IMG/VR virus record: IMGVR_UViG_3300021255_001403
DNA: 64,000 nt
Direction: 5' to 3' (one strand)
Source of the DNA: an uncultured virus (IMG/VR IMGVR_UViG_3300021255_001403)
Lineage: Duplodnaviria; Heunggongvirae; Uroviricota; Caudoviricetes
The notes below the pieces were generated by a model that saw only the letters and a list, made by a program, of their open reading frames with translations, was not told the origin of the DNA and did no database searches. A program made the translations under genes and the position numbers. Numbering within the stretch: the stretch's first letter is position 1; each line of letters opens with the position of its first letter. Of the stretch, positions 42,486 through 51,883 are shown in pieces.

Positions 42486-42558
42486 TGATAAAATAAACTA
42501 GGGAAAGAGAGATGAAGGATTGGTAGAGTTTATTCTCTATCAGTCCTTCATATAATTT

Positions 42559-42888
42559 ATGGGAGATTTTATTATGGATAGAGAATTAGAAGAAATGATG
42601 ATTTTTTGCTTTAATAGTTACGTAGGGATTAAATTAAAAGGTCGAGATATTTGTTTGTGTAAAAAACACTTTGAAGATGGTTCTCTCACTCCTATTGTTA
42701 TAAAAATTAATGATGCTTGTAAGAAATTAATAGATAAAGAAAGAAATGAAAAGATAGGATTGGAGATATTTACTACTCATAATTTTAATGATTTCCATAG
42801 CTTTGCTTCATTAGAATCTTTCCAATATAGATTAAAATTAACTGATAATGAAATAAGTACTATTTTGAAAGAAGAAGATTGTTTTTAA
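42559..42888 (+). CDS. hypothetical protein
   Basis: ORF track; GGGAG SD before the second Met. Confidence 0.5.
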   Translation: MGDFIMDRELEEMMIFCFNSYVGIKLKGRDICLCKKHFEDGSLTPIVIKINDACKKLIDKERNEKIGLEIFTTHNFNDFHSFASLESFQYRLKLTDNEISTILKEEDCF

Positions 42889-42938
42889 TTATATATTATA
42901 GAGATGAGATGAATTAATACTATTTAAAGAAAGAGGTA

Positions 42939-43361
42939 ATGAAAATGGAAAATTTTGAAAATGCTGTAAAAGAATCAGTAAAAGAAATTCCTATGGGAGA
43001 AGGGAAGAAGTTTAATCTGAAGAACCTGTGTGTTTTAGTAGACTTAATGAAAGAAAGAAAGTCTTTCAGAGTTGCACTAAACATACAAAAAGATCCTACC
43101 AAAGAACCAGTATATGCTTATTTATGCTTTATGGGTGGTATGGTAAAAGATGATATGGTAGTGTTTGAATTTAAGGTTGTAGATACCAAGGACGGTAGTT
43201 TTCTTGAATCTAACCTTGATTCATTCGTAAGAAATTTCGGTAATAGTCTTATATGTAAGATACTTACCGGAGAATGTGTGATTGTAGAGGATATAAACCA
43301 TTTCAAATATAATAGGTTTGTTATATACAATAACTATTTCGTTCGGAATGGCATTCAATGA
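42939..43361 (+). CDS. hypothetical protein
   Basis: Promoter motif at 42892. Confidence 0.6.
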   Translation: MKMENFENAVKESVKEIPMGEGKKFNLKNLCVLVDLMKERKSFRVALNIQKDPTKEPVYAYLCFMGGMVKDDMVVFEFKVVDTKDGSFLESNLDSFVRNFGNSLICKILTGECVIVEDINHFKYNRFVIYNNYFVRNGIQ

Positions 43362-43451
43362 AAAAAAAGACTACTCAAAATAAAGATCACTAATTTAGTG
43401 GTCTTTATTTTTTTATTTATTGCTCACTCCCCGACATTTTATTAAAGTGAG

Positions 43452-44267
43452 GTGAGTAATATGTTATATAGTGCAAATTATCCAGATATCTTAATTGGTA
43501 ATCTTGACATAAATCCTTCTATATATTCTCCTAATGCAGATTATTGTATACAATTTGCTCTTACTAAAGAGCAGAAATATGATTATGAAGAATATGAAGC
43601 TGTATTAAAATCTGCTATAAGTGGATTTAGAAAATCTAATACTTATCGTCATTATAAATCATATCTCTATAGTCTTGGATTGGATTGTTGTCAATTCCAT
43701 CCTTATATACAAGCTACTGATGACCATGATATTGCTACATTAGAGATGCATCATTGTATGCTTAATATATATGATATTGCTATACTTATTGCTGAGCATA
43801 CACTGAATACATATGGTAGTATTACAGAGTTTGATTTAGATGACTTATTAAGATTAGAGCATAGTGAGAATAATATTCCTATAACGATGCTATGTAAAGA
43901 TTGTCATGTAAAATATCACCATAAATTCTTATATGTGCATCCTGATATGATATTTGGTCAATGGTGGAATTTATTATACAAATATCCCTTAGGATTAACC
44001 AGAGAGATTATGGAGAAGATAGTAAGATATCTTGAATGGTCTATAGGAGAGAAATTCGAATATAGAGTAAAAAATATGGAAAAGTTATTAGCATTAAGAG
44101 ATAATCTTGCTAATTGGACTGACACTACAAAGGAGCTTATACAACATGGACATGAAAGAGGTTTTGGACAAAGTAGATGCAGTGAAGGAGACAACGTACA
44201 AAGAAAAGATGAGCCTAAAATTACGATTGCAGAATACGTTAATGAAATTAGGGGATTGGGTGGTTGA
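43452..44267 (+). CDS. HNH-like zinc-binding nuclease-domain protein
   Basis: CCQF...LEMHH...LCKDCHVKYH. Confidence 0.6.
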   Translation: MSNMLYSANYPDILIGNLDINPSIYSPNADYCIQFALTKEQKYDYEEYEAVLKSAISGFRKSNTYRHYKSYLYSLGLDCCQFHPYIQATDDHDIATLEMHHCMLNIYDIAILIAEHTLNTYGSITEFDLDDLLRLEHSENNIPITMLCKDCHVKYHHKFLYVHPDMIFGQWWNLLYKYPLGLTREIMEKIVRYLEWSIGEKFEYRVKNMEKLLALRDNLANWTDTTKELIQHGHERGFGQSRCSEGDNVQRKDEPKITIAEYVNEIRGLGG

Positions 44268-44763
44268 TAATAAATTTACTTCCTGTATGATAGCTGCAAT
44301 CTTTTTGTATACTTTTAGTTTTAGTATGACTATATGTGTATTTATAATTACTATGAGTATAGTGTATCTAGTATTATCTGTAAAAGATTATTTACAGTTT
44401 AAGAAGACTAATATAATCACTAACTCTATAGACTTAAATCTATTGGGTCATACTAATAATAATGAAGTTTTAGAGAAAAAATCATTATTGGGCATATTAG
44501 AGAGTTATGTAGAAGAAAGAATGGAAAGAGATATTATATTCCAATATAATATCCAGAAAGGACAGCTAGTATCAGATGCATTAGAAAAAGAAATGTTAGG
44601 CGCATTGTTGGATAGCGTATCACAGACAATTTCCCCTATAGTAAGATCTAAATTAGCATTATACTTTGGGGAAGAGGGAGTAGATAAAGTTATTGCTAGA
44701 ATATGCTTTACACATATAACTTTATTTGTTGCAGAATGTAATAAAGGAATCTATAGTAAATAA
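44146..44763 (+). CDS. membrane protein (1-2 TM)
   Basis: AAGGAG SD before ATG 44146; long hydrophobic segment. Confidence 0.6.
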   Translation: MDMKEVLDKVDAVKETTYKEKMSLKLRLQNTLMKLGDWVVDNKFTSCMIAAIFLYTFSFSMTICVFIITMSIVYLVLSVKDYLQFKKTNIITNSIDLNLLGHTNNNEVLEKKSLLGILESYVEERMERDIIFQYNIQKGQLVSDALEKEMLGALLDSVSQTISPIVRSKLALYFGEEGVDKVIARICFTHITLFVAECNKGIYSK

Positions 44764-44841
44764 AAAAATAATAGGTTATATGAATATAACCTACAAAAAA
44801 GAATATGATATTATAAAAAGACTAATATAATGAAGGGTTGG

Positions 44842-45042
44842 TTAAAACCAACCCTTCTTGCTTACGTGTTCTAATAAAGCTTTACCTCCACCAATAACTA
44901 TAGTACTTAAAATACCAGTTATAAGTACTTTAGCTCCTCCATTAGCAGTATACTCAGTTTCTTTAGTCTCTTTTTTCTTAAACCCAATATTCCAATCAGA
45001 AAAGAAACTCCCATCATTTTGTTTTTCCATTTCCTTACTCAT
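44842..45042 (-). CDS. small membrane-associated protein
   Basis: AAGGAGG SD; hydrophobic C-terminal half. Confidence 0.6.
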   Translation of the reverse strand: MSKEMEKQNDGSFFSDWNIGFKKKETKETEYTANGGAKVLITGILSTIVIGGGKALLEHVSKKGWF

Positions 45043-45105
45043 AATAAAACCTCCTTTTAAATAAAAAAAGATATCCCTAGTGTATAGGGATATCTAAAAA
45101 CTCTG

Positions 45106-45558
45106 CTATTGGTTAGCAGAGTTATCTGCCTTATTTTTAGCTTTTTTAGCTGCATTAACAGTATTAATCAACTTCTCGGTAGTATCATTCATTAAGAACT
45201 CCTCCATAGATGCTCCGGAATATCCGAGAAGGGTTCCTAAACAATACTCATAGAGAAAACTATGGGATGGTATATCAGAAGTATATAGCTTCTCTATAAG
45301 AATGCGCTGGAAATTATACTTATAGAAAAGTGCATCTACATATTTTCCATCTTCGCCATCGCACTTGAATGTTTTGAAAACTACCCTTATACCGGAATGG
45401 GTAAAAAGGTGTTTATATATCATATCTTCTATTTCTTCTGGTATATTACCGTTTTCATCGGTATCTCCACATTCCATAAGAGCGCAATCTCTAATTCCTT
45501 TGTCTAGCAAATAGAGATTCTCTACTACTCTACTTTCCAAATTCTCTAAAAAGGTCAT
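45106..45558 (-). CDS. hypothetical protein, paralog of 13910-14386
   Basis: LFYKYNFQ...LGTLLGYS..SMEEFL. Confidence 0.65.
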   Translation of the reverse strand: MTFLENLESRVVENLYLLDKGIRDCALMECGDTDENGNIPEEIEDMIYKHLFTHSGIRVVFKTFKCDGEDGKYVDALFYKYNFQRILIEKLYTSDIPSHSFLYEYCLGTLLGYSGASMEEFLMNDTTEKLINTVNAAKKAKNKADNSANQ

Positions 45559-45845
45559 TTAATCACTTCTCCTTTATCATCAGTAAGCATAGAATCTAGA
45601 TTATTGAATACCCGATATAAAGCATCAGACGCGATAGCCATATCAGTTGTTATACTAATTAACTTATCGACATTCTCTGGAGTATTATTTACATCCTCTA
45701 GACTTTCTACAAGAATAAGAACGCCTTTATCAATAGATTTGTATGATGCTTTGACCAATTCTAATAAACCTTTCCTAAATTCGGTATTGCCATATTTTTT
45801 ATTGTTGACATACTCATTCAAATTTACTATTGTTGATTTACTCAT
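45555..45845 (-). CDS. hypothetical protein
   Basis: Minus-strand operon. Confidence 0.55.
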   Translation of the reverse strand: MSKSTIVNLNEYVNNKKYGNTEFRKGLLELVKASYKSIDKGVLILVESLEDVNNTPENVDKLISITTDMAIASDALYRVFNNLDSMLTDDKGEVIK

Positions 45846-45860
45846 AAATTACTTATCCTT

Positions 45861-46403
45861 TCAATCTTTATCAAGATATCCTTCATGAAGAATAGTGTCT
45901 TTATGATCTTTATAGTACTGGTAAATATAGTCTAGAGATTCTTCTTTTATATCTAATGCATACTTATTAATGTCGTCATTGAACAGATTGATGGAATCGT
46001 TATAGAACGAACTACTGAGAATCTCCAATACTGGTTGTTTACGCTGCCGGAATTTTTTGATGTACTGAATTTGTCTGACTTCCTTTTTAACAAGATAAGC
46101 CAGATACTCAATAGGTTCGGCACACGGATTACTATCCGTGTATTCCTTATAATATTCATCCAGATTTCTTGTAAACAAGTACAGAGTATCAGGAGCAAAT
46201 AACGCTGCTGCTTCAAACATTTCCTTGGGAGCTAATATAAATGGATCCGTTTTTCTAATGTAGGGATTCATTTTTATCAACTCTAAGTGCTCTTCTTTAG
46301 GAATATCTCTTACAATTAATCTAAATCCTTTTAAATCATCATCCCCGATCTGATTGAGAATCAAAGTTTCCATAAATCCTTTTGCTTTTTCCATGATATT
46401 CAC
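45861..46403 (-). CDS. hypothetical protein
   Basis: AAGGAG SD. Confidence 0.6.
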   Translation of the reverse strand: MNIMEKAKGFMETLILNQIGDDDLKGFRLIVRDIPKEEHLELIKMNPYIRKTDPFILAPKEMFEAAALFAPDTLYLFTRNLDEYYKEYTDSNPCAEPIEYLAYLVKKEVRQIQYIKKFRQRKQPVLEILSSSFYNDSINLFNDDINKYALDIKEESLDYIYQYYKDHKDTILHEGYLDKD

Positions 46404-46417
46404 TTCTCCTTTTTATT

Positions 46418-46924
46418 TTACCATTCAATCTTAGCAACGTACTTATAGGTACCTTTACTAAAATTATAATCTTTGGCTACTTCTATCTTGAAGTTCTTAC
46501 CTTTTATGATATCAATAAGCCAATCGAAATCTGGTTCAATATCCATATTATTAACCTCAATAGGATACTCTATATCATGATAACCATTTTTCGAATTCTT
46601 TGCTATACCATCTGATATATTATCTAGTATAGTTTGCTTACTCATTTCAATGGAATCCAATGTTTGTTTTCCTTCCTTGGAATTGGGATCTAACATAGCC
46701 TTATATATACCAGGTTCGGCAGTTTTAACAAGGGTAATTCCCTTATCGTTAAAATAGTTCGAAGTATAAGGGAATTCGCTTTCGATGATATATATTTCGG
46801 CGTATTTTCTAAAATTAAACAACGAACAGTAGATCTTATTCAGTGCTTGATCTACCATTTTTCTACTATTCAGATTATTCGTCTCCTTTCTAATATTATT
46901 TGCGTCAAGATCGAATTTTAACAT
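46418..46924 (-). CDS. MLKFDL paralog 2
   Basis: Similar to 46942-47472 (MLKFDL, EGK.TL..IE.SKQ.ILD, PD.DWL); SD before ATG 46924. Confidence 0.7.
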   Translation of the reverse strand: MLKFDLDANNIRKETNNLNSRKMVDQALNKIYCSLFNFRKYAEIYIIESEFPYTSNYFNDKGITLVKTAEPGIYKAMLDPNSKEGKQTLDSIEMSKQTILDNISDGIAKNSKNGYHDIEYPIEVNNMDIEPDFDWLIDIIKGKNFKIEVAKDYNFSKGTYKYVAKIEW

Positions 46925-46941
46925 GATTATCCTCTCCTTCT

Positions 46942-47472
46942 TTATAACACCCAAGAAATTTCAGCACTATATCTCATTTCTCCAGTAGAGCAAGCAAACT
47001 TTTTATTGATTTTTACATTGAAATCTTTTTTGAGTAATATTTCAACCAACCAATCTAGATCTGGAACGCTATCATTATTATTCACTTTAATATCCGTTGT
47101 AGTCGAAGTGCAATAGTATTTAAATGCATTTTTAATACTATCGTTGATTTTATCAAGGATATCCTGTTTGGAAGCTTCGATAAGCTGCAAAGTTTTCTTG
47201 CCTTCTTCGGAAGTTTTATCTATACTAATCCGATATAAGTTGTTTGATTCTTCTAATTTTACCTTTTCTACGCCGACTACAACTAATCCTTTTGATGATA
47301 TAAAATTCACAATATCTTTATACAAATGATCTGGGATTTCCACTATCGCCACTTCATGAAAATTAAACAACTGCTTATAAATTTTATCCAAAATATCACT
47401 ATTGGATATTTCATCCATACGTTTCTTACGCTGATTACGAAGTTCATCAACACTGAGATCAAATTTTAACAT
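46942..47472 (-). CDS. MLKFDL paralog 1
   Basis: Promoter motif at 47540-47555; AAGGAG SD. Confidence 0.7.
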   Translation of the reverse strand: MLKFDLSVDELRNQRKKRMDEISNSDILDKIYKQLFNFHEVAIVEIPDHLYKDIVNFISSKGLVVVGVEKVKLEESNNLYRISIDKTSEEGKKTLQLIEASKQDILDKINDSIKNAFKYYCTSTTTDIKVNNNDSVPDLDWLVEILLKKDFNVKINKKFACSTGEMRYSAEISWVL

Positions 47473-47613
47473 GATTACCCTCTCCTTAAAAAATAAATAG
47501 AATGAAAATATGTGTTGATAAATAGAGTATAACTATTTATCACTACTATAATATATAACCAAAAATAGATTTAAAAAAAGAATGGTACTATATGTACCAT
47601 TATTTTTTAATTG

Positions 47614-47910
47614 TTAAATTGGTAAACTGACCGGTTTTCCTGATATGATAGCTTTTCTTATTTTGGTCCATATATCTTTATTGGACACATTTTCATCATC
47701 AGGAGTTGCACTAGGATCTTTATATTCTCCGTTGTATCCGCCGTACATACCGGCACTACTTGGAGAAGGAGGAACCTCTTTAGTCAATGCAATTGTCTCT
47801 CCATTTCTTAATACAGCATACACAGTTGCAAATCCACTTGAGTAGCTATAATCTGTTCGAAACTCATCTACCTCTACAATTCTTCTGCTTTTATACATAT
47901 TCAGTATCAT
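47614..47910 (-). CDS. hypothetical protein
   Basis: GGGGAGG SD. Confidence 0.6.
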   Translation of the reverse strand: MILNMYKSRRIVEVDEFRTDYSYSSGFATVYAVLRNGETIALTKEVPPSPSSAGMYGGYNGEYKDPSATPDDENVSNKDIWTKIRKAIISGKPVSLPI

Positions 47911-47968
47911 AATAAATTATCCTCCCCTTTTAAAAATAAATAAATAAAATATGTGATGCTAATTAAAT

Positions 47969-48154
47969 TTAACTCCTATTTGCAATATATTCATGAAAAT
48001 ACTTGCAGTATTGGCGTGACTGGCAACGGAGACACTTTTCTCTTTTCTCAAGAAATTGACTGCGACTGTTAATACTTTCTGTACCAGAACCTCTATACAC
48101 TGCGAACCTGGTGTTAATAGAAAATGTATTATTCGACATAAGCAACATGGACAT
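47969..48154 (-). CDS. small Cys-rich protein (CxxC...C..C)
   Basis: AGGAGGAG SD upstream; follows the duplicated leader. Confidence 0.55.
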   Translation of the reverse strand: MSMLLMSNNTFSINTRFAVYRGSGTESINSRSQFLEKREKCLRCQSRQYCKYFHEYIANRS

Positions 48155-48324
48155 GATAAACTCCTCCTAAGTCTTGATATAAGGATCACTATTTTACGTA
48201 AGACTCACTTCGGTCTACAACCTTATTATCACTACTATAATATATAACCAAAAATAGATTTGAAAAACAAAAAAGAATGACACTATGATGCGCCAGCTCT
48301 TATTGCCATTCTTTTTTTTCATTG

Positions 48325-48561
48325 TTAGATACCTTTAATATTTAAGAAACAAAACTGTTCTTTAATATCTACGAGATTGATAGCGGTACTGCCTTTCGTT
48401 ATCGCACCCGTTATAATCTGATAAAGTCGTTTCATTTCTTTTTGTTCGCCGTCGATCACAATATCATGCCCTGCTTTTATAGAGTAAACAATGATACTAT
48501 CGCTGTTTAATTCCACGAGATTCGAATCCACAATTTTGCTGCTAGTAATAAAAGTATGCAT
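48325..48561 (-). CDS. small hypothetical protein
   Basis: AAGGAGG SD; follows the duplicated leader. Confidence 0.6.
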   Translation of the reverse strand: MHTFITSSKIVDSNLVELNSDSIIVYSIKAGHDIVIDGEQKEMKRLYQIITGAITKGSTAINLVDIKEQFCFLNIKGI

Positions 48562-48716
48562 ATTAAGCCCTCCTTAGGCTGATATAAGGGTCACTATTTT
48601 ACGTAGACTCACTTTGGTCTACAACCTTATTATCACTTTTATAATATATAATTAAAATATACTAACTTTACACCCATTTTGACAAAGTAGTAATCTAAAG
48701 AAAGAAAGGTGATTTT

Positions 48717-49160
48717 ATGCCTTATAATCAGACTGATTCTATATCAGAATCTTCCAAAGTAAATCAATGGAAATATATTACCCCAGTACAAGATCCCAAT
48801 ATTATATCTTCTTTTTCTGGTAAAAACAAAGTTCATCTTCCTGATGGTGTAGTAAAATTTATTCTTACTCATAATGCTGGTAGACCAATAAAGAATAGAT
48901 TCGATACTAATAGAGTTAAAGGTAATCAATTTGATGGTTTATTCTCTTATAATAGAGGAGATACTGATAATATCTTTAGTATCTATACAGGAAAATTTAA
49001 AAGAGAGTTACAGCAGAGAAATCTTTATCCATTAGGAATGACTCCTAATGGAGATGTGATTTGTATAAAACTTAATAGTATTGTATTATTTAGAAATGAA
49101 ACTCATACTATAGAAACTATAAGTGATAGCTTTAATGGATTTATAAATAAATTGTATTAA
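48717..49160 (+). CDS. SMI1/KNR4 (SUKH) family protein
   Basis: LPD....F...HN.G.P, YPLG.TPNGD.IC, I....SF..FI..L pattern. Confidence 0.75.
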   Translation: MPYNQTDSISESSKVNQWKYITPVQDPNIISSFSGKNKVHLPDGVVKFILTHNAGRPIKNRFDTNRVKGNQFDGLFSYNRGDTDNIFSIYTGKFKRELQQRNLYPLGMTPNGDVICIKLNSIVLFRNETHTIETISDSFNGFINKLY

Positions 49161-49262
49161 GAGAAAGAGTGTGTTGTTTATGATAGATAAGTTAAAGGAA
49201 TATATATATATATATATATAGACAGCAGTTAGTTAATAATAATGGAATAGAGGTGATATAAT

Positions 49263-50390
49263 ATGATTATCACTTCTATTAATTATAGTAAATATGGTGG
49301 ATACGAATATTTATTAAATGAATTTACCGAACCATTATTTTTAAAACCAGATGGTGTAAGAACTCGTTATCCGATAGGCTGGAATGGTTATGGAAGATAC
49401 ATGCCAGGAAGCCTTAAAGTAAGTTATAAAGGAACTTCTTGTAATATTACAGAAGAAAGTAACGGTATATTTTATAACTTTGAAGTAGCTCCTGATATTA
49501 ATACTAATTATAGTGATTATGAGATAGATTATGTAGTAAGGCCATTAGATTATGCATTTAGTACAGGACTACCAGAAGGTGGTTATGAAGGAGAAGAATA
49601 CTTCTTATTCCCTAACTGGAACAATGCATTAGGAGAAGGAGACGGATTCTGGATAGGAAAGTGGCAAGCTAGTAATAATGGGTCTAATATCCCTAAATCT
49701 AAGAGTAAAGTAAATTTATGGAATAATATTACTAGAGATAGTGTTATTAACCATTGTAAGAATAAAGGTAAAGGATTTAAAATGGTTACTAATAGAGAAT
49801 GGGTATCTATTGCTAGATGGTGTGATCATCACGAGATACATGTTAAGGGTAATATATATGGTCAACAGACTAACAATCTTGATGGTGATTATACTACACT
49901 TACACAATGCGGTGGAGGGTATATTGTTAGTGAAGGAACGTATTTTGTAACTGGTGATACAATTCCTGATACATGGAATCATAATGGCAGGAGCAATGGC
50001 ATACATAATATGGTTGGTAATATATGGGAACTTATAGATGGATTAGAAAATAGAAATGGAAAAATTTACATATATGATGAGAATGATAATTACGTTGATT
50101 CGGGAGTTAGTGTAAGTAGTAGTGGGAATGCATTTATAGTCGATATAGCTAATACTACTGAAGTTATATTAAATGAAGGTATAGCTAATACTGTTAGTAC
50201 TAATGGGTATGTGCCTAGTAATTTAGATAGTGATTATGCTTGGTATAATAATGATCAAACCAATGTTCTCTATCGTGGTGGTAGTTCGGGCAATGGTCTT
50301 CAAGCTGGTTTGTGGACATTTCATGTAGCTAGTGCTCTGTCTGATTCTGTTTGGACTCGCGGTTTCCGTCTTTCTAGAAAACTCATATAG
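49263..50390 (+). CDS. DGR target-type protein 2 (CLec/Mtd-like), probably no longer diversified
   Basis: Paralog of 8525 and 50429; VR-like C-terminus with AT-drifted synonymous sites and no downstream hairpin. Confidence 0.85.
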   Translation: MIITSINYSKYGGYEYLLNEFTEPLFLKPDGVRTRYPIGWNGYGRYMPGSLKVSYKGTSCNITEESNGIFYNFEVAPDINTNYSDYEIDYVVRPLDYAFSTGLPEGGYEGEEYFLFPNWNNALGEGDGFWIGKWQASNNGSNIPKSKSKVNLWNNITRDSVINHCKNKGKGFKMVTNREWVSIARWCDHHEIHVKGNIYGQQTNNLDGDYTTLTQCGGGYIVSEGTYFVTGDTIPDTWNHNGRSNGIHNMVGNIWELIDGLENRNGKIYIYDENDNYVDSGVSVSSSGNAFIVDIANTTEVILNEGIANTVSTNGYVPSNLDSDYAWYNNDQTNVLYRGGSSGNGLQAGLWTFHVASALSDSVWTRGFRLSRKLI

Positions 50391-50428
50391 TTTCATATAT
50401 ATCAAAATTTTAGGAGGTTAAGATAGAA

Positions 50429-51547
50429 ATGAAGATAAATTATGATAATTTTTCTCGTTATGCTACAGATACAGTTATAAATCAATCTGAACCTTTGTTT
50501 TTAAAACCTAATGGTACACGTACACGTTATCCTATTGGGTGGAATGGTATGGGTCGTTATGTACCTGGTAGTCTTACTGTAACTTATAAAAATACTCCTG
50601 TAAATGTTACCGAAGAATCTAATGGTATATTCTATAATTTTGCTACTGCTCCTAGTGCATCTGATTCTATAGATGATTTTGAGATTACTTATGTAGTAAG
50701 ACCATTAGACTATGCATTCTCTGTAGGAGATAAATTAGGTGGTTATGAAGGAGAAGAATACTTCTTATTCCCTAACTGGAATAATGCTAAGGGAGAAGAA
50801 GATGCATTTTGGATAGGTAAATGGGCTGCTAGTAATGATGGGTCTAATGTTGCACAAAGTAAATCTGGTGTAAATTTTTGGTGTAATATTACTCGTGATA
50901 GTGCTATTAATGCATGTAAGATTAAAGGTAAAGGATTTTGCATGGTAAGAAATCGTCAGTGGGTATCTATTGCTAGATGGTGTGACCATCATGAGATACA
51001 TGTTAAGGGTAATATTTATGGTAAGCAAACTAATAACTTAGATGGCGATTATACAACTCTTGCACAAGCAGGTGGAGGATATAATGCTAATAGTGGTTAC
51101 CATTTTGTAACTGGAACAACATTCCCTGATACTTGGAACCACAATGGTAAATCTGGTGGTATACATAATATGGTAGGTAACGTATGGGAGTTTATAGACG
51201 GATTAGAGAATAGAAATGGAGAGATATATATTTATGATGAGAATGATAACTACGTTGATTCAGGTGTTAGTGTAAGAAGTAGCGGTAATGGAAATATAGT
51301 AGATATCGTGAATACCAACGAAGATTTATTTAATGAGGGCATAGCCAATACCGTAGATACCCAAGGTTATGTGCCAAGTAATCTAGATGAAGACTATGCA
51401 TGGTATAATAATGGCCAGACTAACGTTCTCTTTCGCAGTGGTTGTTCGGTTGATGGTCTCCGAGCCGGTCTCTGGGCGTTCGATATGTCTGTTGCTCTGT
51501 CGTACTCGTATTGGAATACCGGCTTCCGCGTCGCGCGTAAAATTTGA
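50429..51547 (+). CDS. DGR target-type protein 3 (CLec/Mtd-like)
   Basis: Paralog; last ~30 nt GGCTTCCGCGTCGCGCGTAAAATTTGA identical to target 1. Confidence 0.85.
   Translation: MKINYDNFSRYATDTVINQSEPLFLKPNGTRTRYPIGWNGMGRYVPGSLTVTYKNTPVNVTEESNGIFYNFATAPSASDSIDDFEITYVVRPLDYAFSVGDKLGGYEGEEYFLFPNWNNAKGEEDAFWIGKWAASNDGSNVAQSKSGVNFWCNITRDSAINACKIKGKGFCMVRNRQWVSIARWCDHHEIHVKGNIYGKQTNNLDGDYTTLAQAGGGYNANSGYHFVTGTTFPDTWNHNGKSGGIHNMVGNVWEFIDGLENRNGEIYIYDENDNYVDSGVSVRSSGNGNIVDIVNTNEDLFNEGIANTVDTQGYVPSNLDEDYAWYNNGQTNVLFRSGCSVDGLRAGLWAFDMSVALSYSYWNTGFRVARKI
51422..51547 (+). repeat. DGR variable repeat VR3
   Basis: Aligns ungapped with VR1 (9530-9655); mismatches concentrated at inferred template adenines. 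Confidence 0.8.
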
Positions 51548-51731
51548 CATTTTCACGAAGCGAAAATGCTGGGGCGAAATCGTAAAAGCGCCAGCGAGCA
51601 GCGTCGAGCTGGAGCCGTGTCGATTTCGCCCTTGGAAATATAATATTGTTACACATTACGGATTAACAACGCATATTACGCATTACGGCTGTAAAGACTT
51701 AACGGCGGCGCTGCATTTAGCAGCGCCGCCA
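51548..51731 (+). promoter_or_regulatory. post-VR structured cis element (GAA-loop hairpin, GGGCGAAATCG/CGATTTCGCCC stem, GC hairpin)
   Basis: Homologous to 9656-9797 with about 46 extra nt. Confidence 0.75.
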
Positions 51732-51883
51732 ATGTGTTCTATATTTTTAAACTAAAAAATAATATTTTACACACACTATAACATACCAGTAGTGTAGTGA
51801 GAGGTTATATGTTATACAGTATTGTGTTTACGTATATAATCCGCTACATATAACTTGTATTTTTTTTGAAGGGGAAATGTTTT

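Noticed and set aside
43452..44267. Mobile HNH homing endonuclease
   Set aside because: HNH-like motif is present but the gene is free-standing with its own late-type motif and is not inside an intron or a conserved gene; mobility is unsupported
51387..51755. ORF-track entries 51387-51755 (+) and 51420-51656 (-)
   Set aside because: They overlap the VR and the GC-rich hairpin element; most likely open only because of locally high GC; no SD
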